Below are positions 12,434 through 23,912 of a DNA stretch of 64,000 nucleotides, piece after piece. The position numbers and the translations under genes are program-made. The notes under the pieces are model-generated. The model was not told the origin of the DNA and made no database searches. It saw only the letters and a list, made by a program, of their open reading frames with translations. The stretch comes from Octopus sinensis. Lineage: Eukaryota. Positions within the stretch are counted from its first letter, which is position 1, and each line of letters opens with the position of its first letter. The DNA lies in contig NC_043005.1 in NCBI RefSeq assembly GCF_006345805.1, positions 19,096,001-19,160,000 of the forward strand. The letters are read 5' to 3'.

Positions 12434-12436
<3 letters not shown>
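12056..12436 (+). mobile_element. 5'-truncated PLE terminal repeat preceded by an inverted copy, between (TA)n tracts
   Basis: Arms 12056-12151/12274-12370; 3' end CTTACCGTTTTTATCAA abuts (TA)n; same family at 38570-38870. Confidence 0.8.
12094..12155 (-). ncRNA. type I hammerhead ribozyme motif
   Basis: Minus strand GATAA-CTGAAGA-GATG...CATC(C)-GAAA-CTCGGAG-TT-TTATC; the plus-strand copy at 12276-12331 has GGAA and lacks the 5' strand of stem I. Confidence 0.75.
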
Positions 12437-12472
<36 letters not shown>

Positions 12473-12675
12473 CACATACATATATATATATGTGTGTGTG
12501 TATATATATATACACGATGTATTAGCTCCGCACCTCCCCACCCTAGAAACTGCACCACCTGTTTGCATCCAATATACAACGTCATGTGTTGCTAAATAAG
12601 GAAACATATATAACAATTGGAATAAAGGAGTAACAAGTTATACCTATGTTCTTTTCCTTTTATGCACACAACGGG

Positions 12676-12749
12676 ATATATATATACATATATTTGTATA
12701 TATGTAGATATATATATATATAATATATATATATGTATATATATATATG

Positions 12750-12781
<32 letters not shown>

Positions 12782-12872
12782 TATATGTATTATATATATA
12801 TATGTATATGTATATATATATATGTATAGTATATGTATATATATATATATGTTATATATATATGTATATATA

Positions 12873-12903
<31 letters not shown>

Positions 12904-12904
12904 G

Positions 12905-12938
<34 letters not shown>

Positions 12939-12939
12939 G

Positions 12940-13001
<62 letters not shown>

Positions 13002-13020
13002 ATGTATATATATATATATA
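12676..13020. repeat. degenerate (TA)n/(TATG)n tract
   Basis: Direct read. Confidence 0.95.
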
Positions 13021-13155
13021 TTATATTAAATTAGAGATAAAACCACTATTAGGCAAATCAAACAGTGAAAAACATAAGCCAGTACATGTATTGGCATGTT
13101 TTTCACTGTTTGATTTGCCTAATAATGGTTTTATCTCTAATTTAATATAATATAT
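13016..13155. repeat. near-perfect fold-back hairpin, probable truncated PLE end
   Basis: Arms 13016-13075/13096-13155 with 1 mismatch; loop itself largely self-complementary; abuts (TA)n. Confidence 0.75.
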
Positions 13156-13232
13156 TTACACTATAAAATTGGATTTAATCCTAAATCTCATTTTTCCCTG
13201 TAAGTTTGGATTTATTCCCTAATATTATATAC

Positions 13233-13267
<35 letters not shown>

Positions 13268-13917
13268 TGTATATATAAAGAGCATATATGTATATGTATG
13301 TTTGTATGTCAGTGTGTTTGCGCGTGGGCGTGTGTTTGTATGTCTGTGTATACGTGTATGGTGTATGTGTATATATATGCATATAAGTGTATTATAGACA
13401 TATGCATATACACTCACACATACACACACACACATATATATGAAGCGAGATAGATTGCCATTTAGGTAGATAATTAGAAAAATAAATAAATACAGGTAAG
13501 TGGAGAGTGGGAGGGAGATAAAGAGGAAGCGAAAGAAAGAAACAGGCAAAACAAAAACAAAAAAAAAGAAGATTTATGATTAACAAAAATAATGAAAACT
13601 GTTGCATGTGTGAAATAATAGTCGATGGACAGAGCTTCCGGTTAAACTCTATCGTGAATATAATAAGAAAATACGAGGAAAATCTATAGAAGCAGAAGCT
13701 TAATTATTAAATTTATTACGTGGTGGAATGAACCGGTTTACAATGGTTAATATAACATCGTGTTATTGCAGTTAAGCGATGTAAATTGTCAGCGATACGG
13801 AAAACGCAATTTCTCGGCGGTTGTATATAAAATGCGTCGTGGTAGCATTAAAAGCTAATAAAATTCTCTATTGTAATAATGTAGAATTGTTTGTAACGCC
13901 ACGACCATCAAAGCATC

Positions 13918-14045
13918 ACAACCACCACCACCACCACCACCACCACCACCACCACACCACCACCGCCCCCCCGCCACCACCACCACCACACCACCACCAC
14001 CACCACCACCGCCGCCACCACCACCACCACCAGCTCCATCACCAC
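13918..14045. repeat. (CAC)n microsatellite
   Basis: Direct read; gives spurious poly-His/poly-Gly ORFs. Confidence 0.95.
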
Positions 14046-14501
14046 AGCTATATATAGCACCAGCAAAGACAACCATATCCCGTAACTCCAACAAAACAGT
14101 CACTACAAACAATCTTCACACCAACATCTGCAGCGACACCCGGACCGCAACAAACATAACCATCATCGTCGCCACCACGAGAATTACTACCATAACAACA
14201 ACAACAACAGCAACAACAACGTAACAGCAACAACAATTATTTAAATGGCCGTTAGTTATCTTTCTGGTCTAATGGCGTTAAGTGGACGTAAAAGGTCTCC
14301 TGCAAGCAAAAACGGAATGTAAATCTGACATTTTCAAAACGTCTAGGACCTACTGCTGGCTGCAAGATGAAATGGATCGAGGAGAATTAAGTGTTTGGCC
14401 AAAATACACAATAGATTCAGTATTCTTTCTTTGTTAGCATTTTCTGATAGGCATACACAAATGCACAGAACTGGCACATCGTATAGGAAAAGGATCACAT
14501 C

Positions 14502-14609
14502 AACTTTAAACGGAGTCTGGATAGATTCCTTCAAAGAATACCAGATAAACCACCCATAATTGGATACAACTCACCCAAGAACTCACTACTTGAACAAAAC
14601 TTGACTTAA
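14502..14609 (+). pseudogene. CR1/L2-type LINE ORF2 C-terminal relic
   Basis: NFKRSLDRFLQRIPDKPPIIGYNSPKNSLLEQNLT* matches the FKxxLDxFLxxIPDxP...NSL terminus. Confidence 0.65.
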
Positions 14610-14925
14610 ACAGGATTCGAATAATCCTATCAGGTGGTGCTATTAAGTTAGACATGGCCTGGACCAATCTTTGGTCGAAACATATCTAAGTTTTTATATA
14701 CATCTATGAGTATATTTAGCTCGTCTGAAGAAACGTATATGTATATGTATAAATATATATGTGCGTGCGCACATATTGGCCTGCTCGCTTAGCCAGCGGG
14801 GTGGCGTCATTTGAAGGCTAAAACTATGCGAAGTGCATTGTGACCAGCGATGTGTAGCAACATCTGATAGCCTTGTCGGTCACGGTGATCACGGTGATAT
14901 ATATATATATATATATATGTATGTA

Positions 14926-15471
14926 TTTTGTATCGTCTATCTGGATGTTTTGTTGTCCCTTTTTTGTATCACCTAGTTGTCCGGATGTTTTGCGTTCTTG
15001 TCCCATTTTGTATTTTATTTTATATATATATATATATATATGTAGTGGCGTACGTACACTTTGTTCTCTTATATGTAAGTACACATGTCACTAAATTTTG
15101 TACTTTTTCAACCTTTTCACACTTCGTTCTTGCTTTCTCTCCCATCTCTCTCACATTTCTTTGCCTTTCTTACTCAGTTTTCACTTCACTATGTCCCTGT
15201 CTCTTTTTTTTCTCGCCACTCCTTGATTCTTCCGTCTATCTACTTCTACACACACACACTCTCTCTCTCCTCTTCCCCTCCTTAATTCCTTTGTTCCTCT
15301 TTTTCTCTCTCTTCTTTTCTCACATGACCGATTGGCCGACTGCTAGCCCTTTTGCGTCTGACCATGGTCACTGCCACATCAATATTCTTCCCTCTGCTGT
15401 AAGGCTTCATTTCCACACACGCCAGCTGAATTCAGTTCGTCTCCAGTCGAAAGACGCCTGTTATTATGTCC

Positions 15472-15528
<57 letters not shown>

Positions 15529-15872
15529 CATCATTATTATTATTATTATTATTGTTATTGTTATTGTATTTTTGTATTTGTATTCGTGTAACACCGTCTG
15601 TTTCTCCGTCCTTGTTTTCGTATACATTCGATGCTTTTTTCCGAGGAATCTAATGCTCTTAGCTTAGTTTTTCCTTGGGGCAGGCCAGACTGGAGCAATC
15701 TCAAGATTAATCAGCCGAAATTGCGAGGATGATCCGGTTCTTGACTGAAGATAAAAGGCTTCGAATGATCCGTCCTTGTTTCTTTTGTATCGCCTATCTG
15801 GATGATTTGTTGTCCATTTTTGTATCACCTAGTTGTCTGGATGTTTTGCGTTCTTGTCCCATTTTGTATTTT
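14926..15872 (+). repeat. about 90-bp direct repeat (14926-15016 and 15783-15872), each copy ending at (TA)n
   Basis: TTTTGTATCG(T/C)CTATCTGGATG...GTTCTTGTCCCATTTTGTATTTTA in both. Confidence 0.8.
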
Positions 15873-15883
15873 ATATATATATA

Positions 15884-15922
<39 letters not shown>

Positions 15923-15926
<4 letters not shown>

Positions 15927-16263
15927 TCAGTGGTTAGAGCGTCGAGCTTACGATCGTGAGGTTGTGAGCTCGAATCCCGGACCGGGCTGCGTGTTGTGTT
16001 CTTGAGCAAGGCACTTTATTTCACGTTGCTCCAATTCACTCAGCTGTAGAAATGAGTTGCGACGTCACTGGTGCCAAGCTGTATCGACCTTTGTCTTTCC
16101 CTTGGGTAACACTGGTGGCGTGGAGAGGGGAGGCTGGTATGCATGGGCGACTGCTGGTCTTCCATAAACAACCTTGCCCGGACTTGTGTCTAGGAGGGTA
16201 ACTTTCTAGGTGCAATCCCATGGTCATTCATGACCGAAGGGGGTCCTTCAAAAAAAAAAAAAA
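15923..16263 (+). mobile_element. tRNA-derived SINE, family D, with poly(A) tail
   Basis: TGGCTCAGTGGTTAGAGC A box, GAGCTCGAATCCC B box, central GTTCTTGAGCAAGGCACTT, A-run at about 16250-16263. Confidence 0.8.
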
Positions 16264-16327
16264 TGTATATATATACACATACACATACATACATACATAC
16301 ATACATGCATACATACATACATATATA

Positions 16328-16660
16328 CAGGGTGCGTAAGATATTTGTGGACAAACTTATGTTTATTAAAAAAATAGATGTATGATAACAGATAATTACT
16401 TTATTTAGCAAAACATGCTATGAGGATAAAAAAGGAACCTTCTTTTCTATAATGTCATTCAATAAAATCACCTTCAGCTTTAAGAATTGCTTCTATATGA
16501 GATCTATATCATCTACATGCTCGAATCAAGTGGTCCTACTTCCTTTTGGACATTACTCTGACTATGGCAGCTTTCGAAGAATCTTTGGTGTTTGTGTGGG
16601 TGTTCACTGACCTCTCTGAACATCGCTCCACATAGTTAATAACACACCTTTGGAAGAGAT
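16328..16660 (-). mobile_element. 3' fragment of a Tc1/mariner (maT/DD37D-like) transposon
   Basis: TA+CAGGGTG terminus; minus strand VERCSERSVNTHTNTKDSSKAAIVRVMS...HLIRAC...IEAILKAEGDFIE*. Confidence 0.7.
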
Positions 16661-17027
16661 AAGCAGACATTTTTATTTAAGAAATATTATTGTACTCTAT
16701 ATAAGTATAGATTGGTAAATACGAATTCCTAATTTTTTATTTTGTTAATGATAATTTAGATATGTACATTTATTTAATTATCATTATTTTATAATTATTA
16801 TATCTGAACGTAAATTTTAAAATATTAGTTAGTCACTTTGTGATTTAGATCGTAAAATGTTTTAATTTAACTAAAAGTTCTTATTATATTTCTAGTTTTA
16901 ATATATTTCTAGTACTATAACATTTAATAATAATAGTAATAATAAGTATTTTATAAACGATAAGTTATACGTTTCTACTTGAGAATTTGTCATTTCTTAT
17001 TTTTTATTCCATAAATATACATGTATA

Positions 17028-17248
17028 TGGCAGAAACGTTAGCACGCCAGGCGAAATGCGTAGCCGTGTTTCGTCTGTCGTTACGTTCCGAGTTCAAATT
17101 CCGCCGAGGTCGACTTTGCCTTTCATCCTTTCGGGGTCGATAAATTAAGTACCAGTTACGCACCGGGGTCGATGTAATCGACTTAACCCCTTTGTCTGTC
17201 CTTGTTTGTCCCCTCTATGTTTAGCCTCCTGTGGGCAATAAAGAAATA
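17028..17248 (+). mobile_element. SINE family B, tail-1 subfamily (B2)
   Basis: TGGCAGAAACGTTAG...GAGTTCAAATTCC head, GTCGACTTTGCCTTTCATCCTTTCGGGGTCGATAAA core, tail CTCTATGTTTAGCC...GCAATAAAGAAATA. Confidence 0.9.
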
Positions 17249-17290
17249 ATATGTACGTGCGTATGTGTGTGTGTGCATATGTATGCATGT

Positions 17291-17325
<35 letters not shown>

Positions 17326-18494
17326 TCATGCCGAATTCTGTTTGGATGAGTGTTGAAGCTGAATGTTAGTTGTCAGTGAGTTATGGCAAATGCAAATCTA
17401 CAAAAGTTCTGAATGATGTCAATGCCAAAATTTCTCCAGTTTCTGTAGCTATGTATAACAATTTTAATTCCCTGGGGAACTGGAATTTCAATTCCCATTG
17501 TTGCCATGCTGTCTTGTACTCTGCTATTAATTCTTCATAATGAATTTCGCTTTTTTAAAATAGGTTTCCAAAATAAAAATTATTGTTTAACAGGTGTATT
17601 TTTCTGTTCTTACCGTATATTTACCTATATAACTTTTGGGTTGTTCCCAAAATTTATTTTCGTGAGACCCAATTTTATCTACTTCTGTGTATTTTGACCT
17701 ATTATTGAAGACAGTTATATACGTTTGTTGTTGTGATCATTTGAATATCTTTAAGCATTTGTTCAGCGTATCTATACGAAAAGTAATAATTATTATTTTT
17801 CACGAAGTGTTTTCTACTTTTTTCTACCATGTTATTTTACCCGCTTTGTTATGAAGAACGTATATTTTAAGCCTCAAATTAATGTTCCAATACATATAGG
17901 TGACTCATATCTTTTGTTACCATATATTGTTTCCTTAATCATGCACTTTCTGTTACATATATACAAACACACATGATTAGTCCAATTCATTTATATCTGT
18001 GGTTATTGTTATGTTATAATGGAGAATGTTTCTTTTTACACCTTCTATAACGAATCTTGTTGCTTATGCTCGGTTATGTACTAATAACTATTTCGTTTTA
18101 TGTTCAGAAGACTACATTATTGTGTCCAATCTTGTTTACATAGGTATTGATGTAGATTTGTCAACCACTTCAAGAAGGTTAAGCGACTATTTGTAAGCCT
18201 TCTGTTATAGTTCGTATATCTCTTTACCAAAGTTGGTTTCTCGGAGTGGATTTTCTAAAATACTTTTATTCATATGAGGTAATGTAGCTAATTTGGAAAT
18301 CTTTTATTCATATGAGTTAATGTAGCCAATCTGGAAATATGTTGGTACATGCATCATCAACAGTAGGATGTGGTCGTATTTTAGTAGAAGCGCTTGCTAG
18401 GTTTTTTATGAAATATGACCATCGCTTTCTCGCGAGGTCCGTTACTAGGAGTATTTACAATATCAGTATTGTTAGTATCAAGATGATCAAATGT

Positions 18495-19113
18495 GGTGGG
18501 CAAGCAGAATCGTTACCACGTCAGGCAAAATGCTTAGCGATATTTCGTCCATCGGTATGTTCTGAGATCAAATGTTGCCAAGGTCGACCTTGCTTTTCAT
18601 CCTATTGAGGTCGATAAAATAAGTACCAGTTAAGTACTGAGATCGATGTAATCGATTTTCTCCATCTCTCAAATTTGCTGGCCTTATGCCAAAATTTGAA
18701 ATCAATATCAAGATTATCGAAGGCGGTGAGCTGGCAGAATCGGTAGCACGCCGGGCGAAGTGCTTAGCGATATTTCGTCTGCCGTTACGTTCTGAGTTCA
18801 AATTCCGCCGAGGTCGAATTTGCCGTTCATCCTTTCGGGGTCGATAAATTTAGTACCAGTTACGCACTGGAGGTCGATGTAATCGACTTAATACCTATGT
18901 CTGTCCTTGTTTGTCCCCTCTGTGTTTAGCCCCGTGTGGGTAATAAAGAAATAGGTATTTTGTCTGCCCTTACGTTCTGAGTTCAATTCCGACACTGCTT
19001 TTCATCCTATCGGGGTCCATAAAATAATTACTAGTTGAGTACTGGGGTCAATGTAATTAGCTTAACTCCTGACGCGAATTTGTTGGTCTTGTGTCAAAAT
19101 TTGTTACCAATAT
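18495..19113 (+). mobile_element. cluster of three SINE B units
   Basis: Units at about 18495-18712, 18720-18952 and 18953-19113; the third restarts mid-head at GGTATTTTGTCTG. Confidence 0.85.
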
Positions 19114-19885
19114 TAAGATTGTCGATTGCTTTAGTATTTCCTTATTATTATTATAGCCACGTTAATCTTCTCTTATTTAAAGCGTTACTAAGTACATTCT
19201 AATAGTCACGTTTTACAGTTTCAATTTCTAACTTCGTCAAATGGTGTCCTTGTTAATTTGCGCATTGTCGGTGTGGCTGAAAATGTATTTAATTTTGATC
19301 GATGATTCTTTATCCGGTGCAAGAATTTATCTACATGTAGTTGTTTCCAGTATCAACACATTGATCGTCTGTATGATGTGGGAACCTTTACAACGGTCTT
19401 GAAGTAGCATCGAACGCCGCCTTTATTTGATTCCTTTGCACAACGCCTGTATGTAGTTATTTTTGGATAATGTTATCACAAGTTTATCCTTTACACTGGA
19501 GATTCTTGAGAATCCAAACAAGCTTCCGTTGCTATATGCATTGTAGAAGTTGACTGTCTTCGTAAAAAGTACGTCTGATGAAATATGTTAAATATATAAT
19601 TTGAGAGATTTTCTTTTTAAATATTCCAATCATTGATATATCCACAACTGATTAAAAAAGAAAATAAATTTTCTAGACATTTTCCTCGGATTACTCTCCT
19701 GGGCGTTTCAATATATTTCTACAATACGAACGAAGAAAAAGTTGGACATTTTCAGACATCAAAACTTTGATTTTGTATATTTTCAATCTAAAAATAGCTA
19801 CCACTAGTCAGAGAGGCGTTGCTACAAAAACCCTCAGTTGATATTAAAGGAGAAGAAAACAAAAAAAAAAAAACAAAAAAATTAC

Positions 19886-19977
19886 TTAACCCTTCAGCAT
19901 TCAGATTATCCTATCAAATATAATTCTTCTTTTTCCAATTAGCTTTGAATTAATCCTGCATCATCTCATAGTTTTGA
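19886..19977 (+). mobile_element. left end of a piggyBac-type MITE
   Basis: TTAA+CCCTT terminus; truncated by a SINE A head. Confidence 0.45.
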
Positions 19978-20092
19978 GGCGTAGGAGTGGCTGTGTGGTA
20001 AGTAGCTTGCTTACCAACCACATGATTCCGGGTTCATTCTCACTGCGTGGCACTTCGGGCAAGTGTCTTCTACTATAGCATCGGGTCCAACC
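19978..20092 (+). mobile_element. SINE A head fragment
   Basis: GGCGTAGGAGTGGCTGTGTGGTAAGTAGCTTGCTTACC... Confidence 0.85.
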
Positions 20093-20206
20093 GTTTCTTT
20101 CATTATTATTATTATTATCATCATCACTGATATTATTATTTTAAATTTTTTTACTATTTGTCATTGCTAATATTTCCTCTGATCCGACATGGGTTTTGGC
20201 TAAATG

Positions 20207-20263
<57 letters not shown>

Positions 20264-20713
20264 GAGTGAGAGAGCAGCGCATGCCATCAAAGTGACACTG
20301 GGGTGAAATATACGAAGCCCAGTATACCCATCATGACTACCCGTCTGATAAAGGTACATTAGGCACATGCATCACAACCATATGTGCGCGATATGGTGAT
20401 CTCATATCAAGATAAACAGTGCATGACCTTGCAGGTGGAGCCTAGTTAGAATTTTCTTCTGGTCTAGTAACCTATCCCACTCAAAAGGTCTCTGAATAAG
20501 GGTTGTTTAAGGATGTTGAATGAAGCATCCATGTTTCCAGAGGTGAATTACTCAAACCTCAAACAATCTCTCTCAGCACATGGCTATGATGCTCCCCCAC
20601 TACTTCTGCTCGTGATGAGAGATGCACATATCGTCAGCCACTAAGGGACATGCTCAACTGGTTAAGGTCAAACAACTGACAAGCAAAATGTGATATTGAG
20701 CAGAATATTTGCT
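20264..20713 (-). mobile_element. non-coding (TAA)n-associated retroposon, 5'-truncated copy
   Basis: Reverse complement of 39569-40122 lacking about 105 bp; flanked by (ATT)n and (TAC)n/(ATT)n. Confidence 0.85.
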
Positions 20714-20716
20714 AAT

Positions 20717-20757
<41 letters not shown>

Positions 20758-20805
20758 TTATTACTACTACCACAACTATTATTATTATTATTATCATTAT
20801 TATTA

Positions 20806-20870
<65 letters not shown>

Positions 20871-20884
20871 TATTATTATTATTA

Positions 20885-20917
<33 letters not shown>

Positions 20918-20930
20918 TATTATTATTATT
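20714..20930. repeat. (TAC)n/(ATT)n microsatellite
   Basis: Direct read. Confidence 0.95.
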
Positions 20931-21540
20931 ATGGCGGTGAATAAACAAAATCGTTAGATGCCAGAAAAATACATTTGTTTCTTGAGATTCTGAATACAAA
21001 TCACACCTTTGTCTTTGAACCTTTCCGTCTCTATGAAATCTAGTACTATCAAGTACCGTATGCGAGTTAATCGATTAAATTCTCTCACTATAGTTCAGAG
21101 CGTGAGGCTGAAATCGGGACAGAGGACTGAAAGAATCATTAAAGTGTCAGAGAAAAGCCTTGTGGTTTTTTTCTCCGACTTTTAAGCTTCAGAATTCAAA
21201 TATCGTTGAAATAAACTTTACTTTTCATCTCTCCAGGGCCGATAAATTCAAGTCACGGCCAAGTACTGGGATCAATGTTATCGACTAACCCCATACGAAT
21301 TAAGCTTCTGGTTCTGTACCTAAATTGAAAGCTAAATGAATTGCTGGAGTGTCTGACAAAATCCGTTAATTACGTTTCTTTATATTTGGGGTTCAAATTC
21401 CGCCTAATTTATATTTTGCTTTCATTCTACCACGATTGATGAAACACATTGCAGTTAAGACAAGGGGACGACTTAGAGGACGACTGTCCTCTCCAGTAAA
21501 ATCTGAGAAATTATTGTTATTATTATTGTTAACTTATATC

Positions 21541-23260
21541 GGAAGCGGCGAGCCGGCAGAAGCGTTAGCACGCCGGACGAAATGCGTAGCCGTATTTCGT
21601 CTGCCGCAAACGTTCTGAGTTCAAATTCTGCCGAGGTCGACTTTGTTTTTCATCCTTTGGGGGTCGATTAAATAAGTACCAGTTACGCACTGGGGTCGAT
21701 GTAATCGACTTAATCCCTTTGTCTGTCCTTGTTTGTCCTCTCTATGTTTAGCCCTTTGTGGACAATAAAGAAATAGGTATTTTGTCTGTCTAAGGCGGCG
21801 AGCTGGGAGAAACGTTAGCATGCCGGGCGAAATGCGTAGCCGTATTTCGTCTGCCGTTACGTTCTGAGTTCAAATTCCGCCGAGGTCGTCTTTGCCTTTC
21901 ATCCTTTCAGGGTCGATAAATAAACTACTAGTTACGCACTGGGGTCGATATAATCGACTTAACCCCTTTGTCTGTCCTTGTTTGTCCTCTCTATGTTTAG
22001 CCCCTTGTGGGCAATAAAGAAATAGGTATTTCGTCTGTCTAAGGCGGCGAGCTGGCAGAAACGTTAGCACGCTGAGCGAAATGCTTAGCGGTATTTCGTC
22101 TGCCACTACGTTCTGAGTTCAAATTCCGCCGAGGTCGACTTTGCCTTTCATCCTTTCGGGGTCGATAAATTAAGTACCAGTTACGCGCTGGGGTCGATGT
22201 AATCGACTTAATCCGTTTATCTGTCCTTGTTTGTCCCCTCTGTGTTTAGCCCCTTGTGGGTAGTAAAGAAATAGGTATTTCGTCTGCCGAAATACCTATT
22301 TCTTTATTGTCCACAAGGGGCTAAACATAGAGAGAACAAACAAGGACAGACAAAGGGATTAAGTCGATTACATCGTCCCCAGTGCGTAACTGGTACTTAT
22401 TTAATCGACACCCCCCCCAAAGGATGAAAAACAAAGTCGACCTCGGCAAAATTTGAACTCAGAAGGTAGCGGCAGACGAAATACGGCTACGCATTTCGTC
22501 CGGCGTGCTAACGCTTCTGCCGTCTCGCCGCCTTCCGATATAAGTTAACAACAATAATAACAATAATTTCTCAGATTTTACTGGAGAGGACAGTCGTCCT
22601 CTAAGTCGTCCCCTTGTCTTAACTGCAATGTGTTTCATCAATCGTGGTAGAATGAAAGCAAAATATAAATTAAGGCGGCGAGCTGGCAGAAATGTTAGCA
22701 CGCCGGACGAAATGCTTAGCGGTATTTCGTCTGCGTTACGTTGTGAGTTCAAATTCCGCCGAGGTCGACTTTGCCTTTCATCCTTTCGTGGTCGATAAAT
22801 TAAGTACCAGTTACGCACTGGGGTCGATGTAATCGACTTAATACCTATGTCTGTCCTTGCTTGTCCCCTCTGTGTTTAGCCCCTTGTGGGTAGTAAAGAA
22901 ATAGGTATTTCGTCTGCCGCTACGTTCTGAGTTCAAATTCCGCCGAGGTCGACTTTGCTTTTCAACCTTTGGGGGTCGATTAAATAAGTACCTGTTATGC
23001 ACTGGGGTCGAAATAATCGACTTAATCTGTTTGTCTGTCCTTGTTTGTCCCTTCTGTTTTTAGCCCCTTGTGGGTAGTAAAGAAATAGGTATTGTGTCTG
23101 TCTTTACGTTCTGAGTTCAAATTCCGCCAAGGTCGACTTTGCTTGTCATCCTTCCGAGGTCGATAAATTAAGCACCAGTTGCGTACTGGAGTCGATCTAA
23201 TCGACTGACCCCTTTCCCACCAAATTTCAGGCCGTGTGCCTAGAGTAGAAAGGATTATTA
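21541..23260 (+). mobile_element. tandem/nested SINE B array containing an inverted duplication
   Basis: Plus-strand units start at about 21541, 21792, 22041, 22672, 22905 and 23088; 22290-22678 is the reverse complement of 21400-21782. Confidence 0.9.
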
Positions 23261-23723
23261 ATTTATATCGCGTCAAAAATTGGATACGCTGTTTTTCTCG
23301 CAATATATTCTGTTCACTTCTCATAGCAATCAATCTAACTCGGTTTGATAGGTTTATGAAACCGAAATATTCTTACATGGTATATAAAAATGATATTGCG
23401 AGTGAGTGGCGTTACATGTCTCAGTGAAACAATTAGCGGGCATTACACATTAAAATATTAACCCCCTGTCATCAAATTTCAGCCTTTGCGCCAACGATCA
23501 AAGCAATTATCAAAGCCTTGGATTGTCAAAATCGATTGAGAACTGAACCAACTGTTCCGGCTCTTTATACTCTGAGGTCAAATTTTCTTTCTTATTTATT
23601 TATTTTGTATTTCTATTAACATAATTTACCGATACAACGAGGATAGTATCCCATATAAAAAGAACCATCGACCACGACAGCAACAAGAATAACCACACTG
23701 GCAACAATTACAACAGCAACAAC

Positions 23724-23912
23724 GGTGGAGGCGCAATGGCCTAGTGGTTAGGGTAGCGGACACGCGGTCGTAAGAACGCGGTTTCGATTCCCAGACCGGG
23801 CATTGTGAGTGTTTATTGAGCTAAAACCACCTAAGGTCCACGACGCTCCGGCGGGGGAGGGGGTGAACCCTGCTGTACTCTTTCACCACAACTTTCCCTC
23901 ACTCTTACTTAC
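23724..23912 (+). mobile_element. SINE family C, 3'-truncated
   Basis: GGTGGAGGCGCAATGGCCTAGTGGTTAGGG head; homology ends at ACTCTTACTT. Confidence 0.85.

Noticed and set aside
13821-14112. Poly-His/poly-Gly ORFs
   Set aside because: Pure (CAC)n tract.
15740-15775. Hammerhead-like GACTGAAGA...CGAATGATCCGTC (similar at about 59510-59535)
   Set aside because: GAAT instead of GAAA and no consistent stems I/III.
21541-23260. Regular repeats resembling a CRISPR array or satellite
   Set aside because: Units are 180-250-bp SINE bodies without unique spacers; no cas genes; eukaryotic context.
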